Made by a program: the position numbers and the translations under genes
DNA from: Sphaeroforma arctica JP610
Taxonomy: Eukaryota
DNA: 35,753 bases
Assembly (NCBI RefSeq): GCF_001186125.1
Contig: NW_014039996.1
Span: forward strand, 1-35,753
Direction: 5' to 3'
The notes under the pieces: generated by a model
The model's database searches: none
The model's input: only the letters and a program-made list of their open reading frames with translations
Told to the model about the DNA's origin: nothing
Shown: positions 1-10,786 of the stretch, piece after piece
How positions within the stretch are numbered: the first letter of the stretch is position 1
Layout: each line of letters begins with the position of its first letter

Positions 1-266
1 TTATGAAAGCCACAAGTACACTATTTTTCTTGTGTAAAACTGCGGGCATCCCCTGCTATTGGGATAGTGTTGTATCGACAAAGTATGATTAAGAACTAGG
101 TGGTTGACCACGCCTGTGAAAACCAATTTATTTTGGTTTGTTCACAATTCCTTGATCAGATGAAGGATAGACCATATTCACATTTAGTTCTAAAGAAGAC
201 TTATTTGTCAAGTTATTCCCATCAGTAGCTACAGTCTTAATGACGAAGGGGATCAGTTGGTAGGTT

Positions 267-2051
267 TTAATCAGAAATCAAGAAGCCGGCCACACACGCT
301 GTGGTGAAGCATGCTATTGTGCCGGATACGAGTGCCCAAGGAACCACCTTAGCAAAATCCGTAGAACGATGGGGGGCTAACGGTGTAAGACCACCTAACA
401 TGATACCCATAGAACCAACATTTGCAAATCCACAAAGAGCATACGTAGCAATCAATTCACTACGTTCGGATATACTTGGCTCGAGGCCCGCTTCCCTGTT
501 CTTAATTAGCTCTCCTAATGTAGCGTATGCAACGAACTCGTTGGTGAACGTTTTTTCCCCTAATAGTGCACCCACTGTTTGGGCATCTTCTGGTGCAACG
601 CCCATTAATATGGCAAACGGATAGAAAACATATCCGCTAATTATTTGGAACGAAAGTTCCGGATAATCTACACATCCACCAATATAGCTGAGCAGCCCAT
701 TGGCAGCTGCGAGGAGGGAAATAAAAGCAATCAGCATGGCGGCAATATTTGCCATCAAGGGTAAGGAATCGGACGCTCCCATACTAATCGCTTCCACAAA
801 ATTGGTGGCACGCTTTCCACCCTGAACTACCACCTTGCCAGTTGTTACCGCCCGTTCAACCTCTGGATATACTATCTTGGATATCGCCAATGATGCGGGC
901 GCGGACATGAGAGAAGCAGTCAGCAGCGCGGTGGGGTCGATGCCCATTCCAACGTATGCTGCGAATACAGTACCGGCGACTGTTGCAAAACCTCCAGTCA
1001 TGATGGAGTGTATCTCGGATTCAGTCAGATCTGGTACGAAAGGGCGGATTAGCAGAGGTGCTTCTGTTTGGCCAATAAATATATTACCAGCTGCATTCAG
1101 TGACTCTGCAGGGGTGGAACCCATGGTAAACATCATTACTTTACCAATAACACTAATCATCCACTGGATAATACCAAAATGGTACATCACGGAAACAAAC
1201 GCCGAAAAGTAGCAGACCGTGGGGAGCACCGAGAAGGCAAAGAAATGCTCAAAATAACCATCACCGAATAGGAATGCAGAACCAGCCCCAGAGTAACCGA
1301 GAAACGTTACTATGAGATCACTCAGCCATGTGAAAGCAGCGGTGCCCCATGCAGTTTGTAAGACAATATACCCTAGACCGAATTGTAGAAGCATGCCTAC
1401 CATTACGAGGTGCCAGTTCACGCGAGTGGGATACTTAGATATAGCCCAGCAGAGACCTAGATATACAAACAAACCGCCCAGTGACAAGAATCTCAGAGGC
1501 TCATTCCACACTTGTTCGAGCACAATAAAGAGTATGATGAGACCGGCGGCGATACCCAAAAGCGCAAAACGTGCCATCATCTTCTGACGGTCATTTAACC
1601 TATCTGTGCTCATGGTTTTCTTCATAGAGGCTTTAGCCTCATCAGAAACACGTGGCCACAAAATACGGAAAAAAACTTGATAGCCCAGGATAAGACCTGT
1701 TATTACGAGAAGAGGCAAACATTCACTGAAATTCATTGCAGCTGCGAATCCAAGATAAACGATCCAACCGACCAGGAATACCGCACCTACTGCGAGTTTC
1801 AATCTGCGATCTGCAAGTCTCGTCGACACGACGTCCACCAGTCCACGACGGGGAGCTTTCTCGCCACTCGGGCTGTTATCGGGCACTCGTGTTTTCGAAT
1901 GACCATTGCTATCAGAATTCCCATCGATGATTGAATCGCTTCTTTGCAACACAAGCACATCATCAGTGTCACTTGGAAAATCTATAGCGTCGACTGTCTT
2001 CTCAGGTTTTTCCATTTGAACATGTACACTGCTAGATTCTCCCGTCGTCAT
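267..2051 (-). CDS. Concentrative Na+/nucleoside cotransporter (SLC28/CNT family, CNT3-like), single exon, 594 aa
   Basis: Uninterrupted hydrophobic ORF with CNT motifs FAFSVLPTVCYFS, NIFIGQTEAPLLIRP, MTGGFATVAG, ASLMSAPASLAISK, KTFTNEFVAY, ATYALCGFANVGS and GTIACFTTACVAG. It also has the eukaryote-type N-terminal extra helices. Confidence 0.96.
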   Translation of the reverse strand: MTTGESSSVHVQMEKPEKTVDAIDFPSDTDDVLVLQRSDSIIDGNSDSNGHSKTRVPDNSPSGEKAPRRGLVDVVSTRLADRRLKLAVGAVFLVGWIVYLGFAAAMNFSECLPLLVITGLILGYQVFFRILWPRVSDEAKASMKKTMSTDRLNDRQKMMARFALLGIAAGLIILFIVLEQVWNEPLRFLSLGGLFVYLGLCWAISKYPTRVNWHLVMVGMLLQFGLGYIVLQTAWGTAAFTWLSDLIVTFLGYSGAGSAFLFGDGYFEHFFAFSVLPTVCYFSAFVSVMYHFGIIQWMISVIGKVMMFTMGSTPAESLNAAGNIFIGQTEAPLLIRPFVPDLTESEIHSIMTGGFATVAGTVFAAYVGMGIDPTALLTASLMSAPASLAISKIVYPEVERAVTTGKVVVQGGKRATNFVEAISMGASDSLPLMANIAAMLIAFISLLAAANGLLSYIGGCVDYPELSFQIISGYVFYPFAILMGVAPEDAQTVGALLGEKTFTNEFVAYATLGELIKNREAGLEPSISERSELIATYALCGFANVGSMGIMLGGLTPLAPHRSTDFAKVVPWALVSGTIACFTTACVAGFLISD

Positions 2052-2314
2052 TTTCGCAGATTAGAACTTTAGAAGGCCGACAATGCTACGATTATTTTTA
2101 ACTTCCCGTTCCAAAACTTGATTTTGTAGAAGTAACGCTTAGATACAAAATACACCGCTATTAATACAGATGGTGGCAACTGGCACCCCATTGTTCAAGT
2201 TTCCGTGAACAAATATATTATGTCCAGACTTAAGCCGCTCCTACTTTCTACTCTCTCTACCAGACTATTTTAGTATTTATGACTTGATGAGGAATAATAA
2301 AGTGATTTCCACAC

Positions 2315-2340
2315 CGACGTCAGTGACGTGATTGGGCCCA
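2315..2340. promoter_or_regulatory. Possible proximal promoter motifs upstream of the CNT gene (CRE-like GACGTCA/TGACGT and a CCAAT box)
   Basis: cgacgtcagtgacgtgattgggccc lies about 270 bp upstream of the ATG. Motif match only. Confidence 0.2.
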
Positions 2341-2567
2341 AACTGGGGAGTGGGGACAATGTTTGGGCCTTTGGGGTCCTGGGCTCCTGGCCTCTGGGGC
2401 AGTGGGGAGCTAGGAGTCGGGATGCAAACGTTTTGCGTGATTGACTAGAAGATAATATTTGCAAAAAAACAACTTTCTTTTGAACAAAAAGAAATAAAAA
2501 CGAACTACAATACTTTTTCAAAAACAAATTTCCAGAAATATATCTTCATTTTTCATTTCCCCCCAAA

Positions 2568-3100
2568 GAGTGAGCAGAGTCAGCAGACAGCCAGACACTA
2601 CACAGCAGTGTGCAGTCAGGACTCAGGACTTAGGAGTCACTATACTACTTATATCACTGACTGAATACTCGGCACTCTCAGGCTCAGCTGACTCTCAGCC
2701 TCAGTCTCTCAGCAGTCAGCACTACTGACAGCCTTCCACTCCTGACAGCAGTGTGTATTTGACTATTTGTAGTTCAGACTTTCAGTGACTGTATTTGTAA
2801 ATACACCGGTACAGTCTGTACACGAACAGGGCTGTTGAGACTTTGCTTTACAGTGTCACTATATAGGTTTAAAAAATTAAATATATATATATATATATAT
2901 ATATAATACAGTGTACACTGTACAGTATTTGTTTTTAAAAACAAAGTACACTGAACAGCTGTGGCCTGTGAATGGCGCGGGCACTGCTGGGGTCTGACTG
3001 TTGAGTGCTGACAGCTGACTGACTGACTTGAGTTTATCTGCGAGTGACTGACTGTGTATAGACTGCGTCTCTGCCTCTCTGGGCTCTGGGCCTCTGGCTT
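2568..3100. repeat. Stuttered micro-duplication region (CTCAG/CTGAC/ACTG-rich)
   Basis: Dense imperfect 4-8 nt direct and inverted duplications, e.g. caggactcaggacttagg, ctcaggctcagctgactctcagcctcagtc, tacagtgtacactgta, flanked by A/T tracts. Confidence 0.65.
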
Positions 3101-3565
3101 CATATTTTATTAAACAAGAGTTTTTTTAAAAACAAATCAAGTAAAAACAAAAAAAGGAAATACATAATAACATTTTGGTTTAAAAATAAAAATAAAAAGG
3201 TTATTCATATTTATTGTCATAAGTATTTATATGTTTTTTTTAGGGGGTTTTTCATTTTTGTTTTGGATTGTTTTGGCATTTTTGTTTTTAAACAACAATC
3301 AAATATTACAAACACCATAGGATTCAAAAAGATATAAAAAAAACAAAACAAAACAAGGAGGCAATTTATGTCTTTTGCATTGCCTTCTATTTAAATTATA
3401 CATCTTTTGTTTTGCTTTTGTTTTGTATAATAATATATGATAAAAATTATATATATTATAAGTTTTCAACATAAAAAAGCATTGTTTTAGGAATTTGTTT
3501 GAATAAAATAAAGTGTAGGTCATTTTGTTCAGATCGACGGCTCGACCCACGCCCCACAAAAAAAC

Positions 3566-3628
3566 CCACGGGCCACAGGCCACGGGCCACAGGCCACGGG
3601 CCACAGGCCACGGGCTACGGCCCACGGG
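3566..3628. repeat. Tandem heptamer GGCCAC(A/G), about 9 units with a 14-bp higher-order period
   Basis: ccacgggccacaggccacgggccacaggccacgggccacaggccacgggctacggcccacggg read directly. Confidence 0.9.
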
Positions 3629-4304
3629 TGAAAGGCCATGGCCTTTAAAGGCTCTAACAAACATCATAAAGAGTATAAAATATTGTTTGTAATTTAAAAA
3701 TCACCCATCCAGTGCATCCCTGTTTGAAAAAGTGATAAATGTTGTCATTGATATGACATATTTCATTTTTGTACGTATCAAAACTTCAAATGAACAATCA
3801 ACAAATACTACTAGTAGAGAGAGGAAACACGAGACATTTTACGCATAAATATCTTGATACGTTTGTATTGGGTATATTTAGAATGGCATGCGATCGCGGA
3901 TCTTGCGACTTGCATAGGCCCATAGTGATAGGGCATAGGGCAATAGGCTACAGGGAATAGGTAGTAGTATTTACAAATGTATTTTACAAAAAAATCATGA
4001 ATTCTTTCAGGAGTAGTTTTTTACTCATTCAATATTTGGGTACTGTATAACACTGATGACTGAGCTTCTGAATTCTCAAGTCTAAAAGTCTGAACACACA
4101 TTTGTCATATTTATTTACCAGTATCACACGGCAATTTCCGAATTTCAATTATGTATTTATTTCATTTCATTTGCGTATGTAACGTAAAAATAATTCGTTG
4201 AACGCTAAACGTATATCGTTTATTTCTTCACAATAGGTCTGGCAGGCCATAGGGCATAGGGTCAAGTACATTTATTCCAGGGCAAGCACGGAGTTCAATT
4301 TCGT

Positions 4305-4465
4305 CCCTCTCTAGTAGAGAGGGCCTACTAGGCCTATAGCACCGGACTCCAGACTCCAGAGTCCAGAGTTTCAGACTCAGAGCCCTACTACTCTAGACCC
4401 AGGCAGTCAGGACTCAGGCACCCAGCAGAGTGCCCACAAGCCACAGCTCACAGAGTCACAGGTCC
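4305..4465. repeat. Stuttered and palindromic micro-duplication region
   Basis: ccctctcta-g-tagagaggg, ggccta-c-taggcc, gactccagactccagagtccagag, cacaagccacagctcacagagtcacag. Confidence 0.65.
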
Positions 4466-5764
4466 ACTCCCGTTGTCAGAAAGGAGGCCCAATGAAACCT
4501 AAAGTAAAAAGCCCAATGATTCAAGCTTTATAGTTGCTTCACTCTCCAATGTAAAATCTTCCCAGACTCTGGGATCCTACAGAATCCTATGTTTATGTCA
4601 TTTTTATAAGGAGTCTAAATATGATAATATCAACAACATTTTTTTTTTGTGATATTTATTTACTATATTTTTTGGTTTGGGGGTTTATACGGCAGTACGA
4701 CACCCGTGACTATAAAGCTGTTATTTAACGCCCGAGCCCTTGAGCCAAGTGATATTCTGTTCAATTTATATTCTGAAAGAAATAAATGATGAAATCTGTA
4801 CAGAACAGGACAAAATCCCTTGGACCTGAAATTCACAGCAGAACGGGATTACGCGGGACAAACAAAATTCATCATTGTTGAACTACAGTGCAATAACATT
4901 GAGTCTCAGACCGACTCGGTCACAGTGACTCAACTCGGGCAACTGTTTGCCTCAGCGATTTGAGGCTGTGTCTTAAGACTAAAAGTGTGTGCAATTACAT
5001 ACGAAATATATGCTCAATAAGCTTATAAACAAGCTGGTGTCTATTGCAGTCTTCTTGAATAATTTAGCTTTTGCTAGACATCTCAGCTGTAACTGTATCG
5101 TACACATTCTCGGGTACCCGACGGTGAGAAGTATATTTCTCCTTTAACAGTCCATATATCTAATCCCTCAAAAATCGCCTAAATTTAACATCGTTCAAAG
5201 CTCTGATCACATTCATTTGGAGACCGGCCCAAGTTCCATCGCAGTTCTCATTAACATCGAACTTGGCTCTACCCCAATACCTCTCAATCATGTGTATGTA
5301 AGCGATAATGAGGTGTAATTTGAGTGTTTATCTATATATTCCACACACTCATTTACACTAATACAAAAGGATGGAAAAACAATTTCAAAAATCTGAAGAC
5401 AGTTCTATTTTAAAATAGAAAAAAGTCTTAGAAATGGGCGGGCATGTCGATTTCTGTCCTCAAAAGTCAAAAGTCCAAAACTCGTACTGCAAGGGGGGTC
5501 CCAAAAACAACGGCCAATTTTCAATTGTTTTGAGAAAACTAGATTTTGAACAAAGTACAAATCTAAAAATGTGTTTGGTTGATCTTTTCTCAGCATTTTC
5601 CACTATTTTGAACGTCTGAATCGGGTCACTATTAGTGTGTGCTGTGCCTGGCTGAAGTAGGGGTGGTTTCCTGTATCATCTCTTATTTAAAATAAAATAA
5701 AGCAATAATGCGACTGCACCATACCAACAATGGGGAGCAAATATTTATTTAGGTCATTAGGGGA

Positions 5765-6245
5765 ATCTCAAGCCTCACAGACCCTCAGCCTCAGGGCTCA
5801 GAGGCTCAGCCTTAGCCTTCACCCTTCAGGCTTCAGGCCTCAGCCCTCAGGGATTAGGCGGTCAGGACTCCTGACTCAGGACTCAGGCCTCAGTCCTGTG
5901 AGTCCACTCGTCACTCGTCACTCCTCAGGCTCAGGGGCTCTCTACTAGTATGTAAATAGCCCTCACAAGTCACAAGTCATAAGTAACAACTCACAAGTTA
6001 GAAGTCACAACTTCACACAAAGAGTCACAAGAAGTCTCAACTCTCAACTCTCAACTCTCAGCTCTCAACTCTCACAAAGTGAATAGTCTCAAGCTCCTAC
6101 TCACTACTGTTTGCTTCTCTACTTAACTCGACAGTAGAGCTAGAGAGAGTCTAAATAGAGTTATAGAGAGTAGACGAGAGGAGATATAGAGTGACAGAGT
6201 GAGAGAGGCTACAATCTACATAGAGTCATAGAGACAGAGAGTTTA
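5765..6245. repeat. Stuttered micro-duplication region (CTCAG, TCACAAG, CTCTCAA, AGAG units)
   Basis: ctcagcctcagggctcagaggctcagcc, tcacaagtcacaagtcataag, (ctctcaa)x3-4, gtcagga-c-tcctgac. Confidence 0.7.
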
Positions 6246-6498
6246 TTTACTTTGTTAAAAAAAAACAAAAAACTCAGCTGTTTAGCGGTTAGCCGGGTAG
6301 TATTTTATGTAGTCAACACTGACCCCATGATGGGCCAAATTCTGCCAATTGTCAAATCTCAACTCCCAAGAAGTCGAATGACGAATCCCAACTCCCAACA
6401 AGAAGTCGCAACTTTGAACTGAATCCCAACTACCGGAGTCCCGAGTCCCAAGCTATTTGAAATATGTACTACGATTGCTCTTCATTCTAAACTTGACT

Positions 6499-6532
6499 CT
6501 TTTTGTATTCAGCTACTTTTTGTATTCAGCTA
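6499..6532. repeat. Perfect 17-bp tandem duplication
   Basis: ctttttgtattcagcta occurs twice in tandem. Confidence 0.9.
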
Positions 6533-6991
6533 TGGTTAATATCGATGATTTGGTTGGATAGATCTATCGGATACATGTCCTGCAGTCCTGCACACGCGCG
6601 CATCCGTATATCAATGGACAAATATACTGATAAATACTCTTACTGTTAAAAAATATAAAAAATACAGTGGTACAATAATGTACTCCAAAATCTAAAAACA
6701 TCTGTAAAGTGAAATAATTCAGGTCTGGGACGCGGCGAGGACTGAAAGCGTATAATCATAGAGATAGTTCATTTTGTTCACATTCTGACTAAAAGTAGTA
6801 AATAAAAAAATGTCTCAACTTGTCACTTAACTTTCACGTTCACATTCACACTCGCGCACTCAACTTTTCAAGTCTCATCGGTCTATGTATCACTCAGACT
6901 CAAACTCCTTTTAAAACTGTAAACCTAAAAGATAATCAGCAGTTTTTTTAATGTGTAACGCCTAGAAAATTATGAAACAAATAGATTCCAC

Positions 6992-6994
<3 letters not shown>

Positions 6995-7029
<35 letters not shown>

Positions 7030-8103
7030 NNNNNNNNNNNNNNNNNNNNNNNNNNNNNNNNNNNNNNNNNNNNNNNNNNNNNNNNNNNNNNNNNNNNNNN
7101 NNNNNNNNNNNNNNNNNNNNNNNNNNNNNNNNNNNNNNNNNNNNNNNNNNNNNNNNNNNNNNNNNNNNNNNNNNNNNNNNNNNNNNNNNNNNNNNNNNNN
7201 NNNNNNNNNNNNNNNNNNNNNNNNNNNNNNNNNNNNNNNNNNNNNNNNNNNNNNNNNNNNNNNNNNNNNNNNNNNNNNNNNNNNNNNNNNNNNNNNNNNN
7301 NNNNNNNNNNNNNNNNNNNNNNNNNNNNNNNNNNNNNNNNNNNNNNNNNNNNNNNNNNNNNNNNNNNNNNNNNNNNNNNNNNNNNNNNNNNNNNNNNNNN
7401 NNNNNNNNNNNNNNNNNNNNNNNNNNNNNNNNNNNNNNNNNNNNNNNNNNNNNNNNNNNNNNNNNNNNNNNNNNNNNNNNNNNNNNNNNNNNNNNNNNNN
7501 NNNNNNNNNNNNNNNNNNNNNNNNNNNNNNNNNNNNNNNNNNNNNNNNNNNNNNNNNNNNNNNNNNNNNNNNNNNNNNNNNNNNNNNNNNNNNNNNNNNN
7601 NNNNNNNNNTATATGAAAGCATGTATATGCATGCATACATATATACATACATAACAAGCATATAGACAGACACAGACACATATACATACGCTCACACACA
7701 TACACACACACACATACATATATACTTATACACAATGTTGTTTTTTACATTTTGTCCTAAGCACCGCCATGTACATAAATACATACATTTGTATATAAAT
7801 ACATGCAGGCATGAATACATAAATACATATATAAATGCATACATACATAAATACATACATATATACATTCATGCATACATGCAGATATACAAACACAAAT
7901 ACATACACATACATAGACGAACATGCATACATGCATGCATGGATACATACATACATACATACATATATGCTACATAAGCATGCATACATACATACATAAA
8001 TATATACATACATACATACATACATACATGCATGCATGCATACAAGGATATAGACATCCATGCTTGCATACAGAAATAAGTACGTAAATACATGTATATA
8101 TAC

Positions 8104-8142
<39 letters not shown>

Positions 8143-8185
8143 CATATATATACATATATGCATACATACATATATATATATATAA
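6995..8185. repeat. (CA)n and compound (TA)/(CATA)/(CATG) microsatellite around assembly gap 7030-7609
   Basis: Read directly. Confidence 0.9.
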
Positions 8186-8847
8186 TTAGTAGCTTTGCTG
8201 AGTGAGGATAGTATACAGAAGTACCTCAAGAGAGAGGATCGACTGATAAAGACAAATAATACACATATAAATGCTAAACACTCCCCGATGAAGCATCTCA
8301 CCGGCAGACAACAAAGGTGCCAAGAATTGATGAACAATTGGTATGAAAGAAGTGCATTTATACGAATGATGAACGTTGCATGGTGAAGAGGTGGACAATT
8401 CCGATGGCGTGTACAAACCCACAGATATTGAAGAGACAGTAGTTTGGATACAAACGTTCTTAATATAATTTATATTATTCAAAAACACTATAGATACCGT
8501 GTTTCTAATGATAACTACATTTATAAAATAGCATATATCTACTCATCATGAAAGGAAATCACATGGCATATGTGCATCCTGCATGCAATGCATAATTACT
8601 CGTTCGAACAACTTTTGCGCTATTGATAAATTTACAATGCGTATGCCTTGTAATACTCACCCAAGACATCGGTGATCGGTTCCTTTATTTCAATTAAACT
8701 GTACTATTTTCGATCTCACTACTCTGAGCGAGTACTTATTACTAAATTCAACGGTAACATCCCCCAATACTACTAACCCAATTGAAGGACGACTTACTAT
8801 ACAATTTAACAACGATATCATCGTTTGTCCCATTCAATCTAACTTAC

Positions 8848-9790
8848 TATATATATATATATACATATATGTATCTGTATATGTATTTGTATATACATAN
8901 NNNNNNNNNNNNNNNNNNNNNNNNNNNNNNNNNNNNNNNNNNNNNNNNNNNNNNNNNNNNNNNNNNNNNNNNNNNNNNNNNNNNNNNNNNNNNNNNNNNN
9001 NNNNNNNNNNNNNNNNNNNNNNNNNNNNNNNNNNNNNNNNNNNNNNNNNNNNNNNNNNNNNNNNNNNNNNNNNNNNNNNNNNNNNNNNNNNNNNNNNNNN
9101 NNNNNNNNNNNNNNNNNNNNNNNNNNNNNNNNNNNNNNNNNNNNNNNNNNNNNNNNNNNNNNNNNNNNNNNNNNNNNNNNNNNNNNNNNNNNNNNNNNNN
9201 NNNNNNNNNNNNNNNNNNNNNNNNNNNNNNNNNNNNNNNNNNNNNNNNNNNNNNNNNNNNNNNNNNNNNNNNNNNNNNNNNNNNNNNNNNNNNNNNNNNN
9301 NNNNNNNNNNNNNNNNNNNNNNNNNNNNNNNNNNNNNNNNNNNNNNNNNNNNNNNNNNNNNNNNNNNNNNNNNNNNNNNNNNNNNNNNNNNNNNNNNNNN
9401 NNNNNNNNNNNNNNNNNNNNNNNNNNNNNNNNNNNNNNNNNNNNNNNNNNNNNNNNNNNNNNNNNNNNNNNNNNNNNNNNNNNNNNNNNNNNNNNNNNNN
9501 NNNNNNNNNNNNNNNNNNNNNNNNNNNNNNNNNNNNNNNNNNNNNNNNNNNNNNNNNNNNNNNNNNNNNNNNNNNNNNNNNNNNNNNNNNNNNNNNNNNN
9601 NNNNNNNNNNNNNNNNNNNNNNNNNNNNNNNNNNNNNNNNNNNNNNNNNNNNNNNNNNNNNNNNNNNNNNNNNNNNNNNNNNNNNNNNNNNNNNNNNNNN
9701 NNNNNNNNNNNNNNNNNNNNNNNNNNNNNNNNNNNNNNNNNNNNNNNNNNNNNNNNNNNNNNNNNNACATATCTACACATACATATATAT

Positions 9791-9844
<54 letters not shown>

Positions 9845-9850
9845 TCATAT
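8848..9850. repeat. (TA)n microsatellite flanking assembly gap 8900-9766
   Basis: Read directly. Confidence 0.85.
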
Positions 9851-10261
9851 ACTAAAAATGTATATATAAAAGTCGCACATACATGATTTGAGCAGCCGCC
9901 ACCACACTGTGCTAGTCTGTGAATCGTTAACTGGTTAACTTGTATCTCATGTCATATACTTGGATGATGCTCCTGATTAGTAATGCGTTTTACATCCACG
10001 TACTATTGAGTGTTCTAGACGTTCGAGACGCCTTTCAGCGAGGAGTGTCAGGTGTGTCTGAATAGTGTTCAACTGAGCACCATCTATGTGATATCAACAT
10101 GATAGTAACGTATGCAAATATGCAACAAATGTCGACGAATAAGCAATACGTGGAGCTGTTTGCACCCACCCACTGATACATGGACCTCTATTTCAGTATC
10201 GATGTCACGTCAAGATATGAGTATCGTGTGTTGAATCCTGCACCGGTATTCTTGTGAGTGC

Positions 10262-10755
10262 TTACTCGACCCAAGGCGCGAACGCGAGGTATCCTAGAAG
10301 CGTGACGTATGTGACAATCGTCACATCTTGCAAAATGTTCATCTGCATTCCGAATGCGCTGGGCTCGTCCGTGTACTGCCCAAACATGCCTGAGAAAGGA
10401 GCGTCGGTGGGGAGTGGTCAACAGAATGACGCATCAATTGGTCGTGTCGGCTATACGATTCATAGAATTGTTCGTTTCACGGTACTTCTAAATATCCTCA
10501 CCATTAGATGCGTTCGGTTTGAGGTGTCTTCTTACTAGGCATGTTTGAGAATGAATCACAAAGCACAGCGGGACTGGTACACAGCAAATAATTTACAAAA
10601 ACCTTACAGTACTCGCACACTTACAAAAACAGATTATACCACAGCCTGATACGGCTGAAAGACACAAAAACCTTGAGATTTTTCTGAAACACAGATTGTT
10701 GATATATATATATATATACATATATACATACATACACATATATATATACATACAA

Positions 10756-10786
<31 letters not shown>

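Noticed and set aside
301..1934. Plus-strand ORFs overlapping the CNT gene
   Set aside because: Antisense shadows of a well-supported CDS, with no recognisable motifs.
5151..5318. Open plus-strand stretch after a possible acceptor (SIYLIPQKSPKF..)
   Set aside because: No start codon, partner exons or recognisable homology.
8195..8460. Short complex-sequence island between microsatellites
   Set aside because: Stops in every plus frame I read, no family motif and no consistent splice partners.
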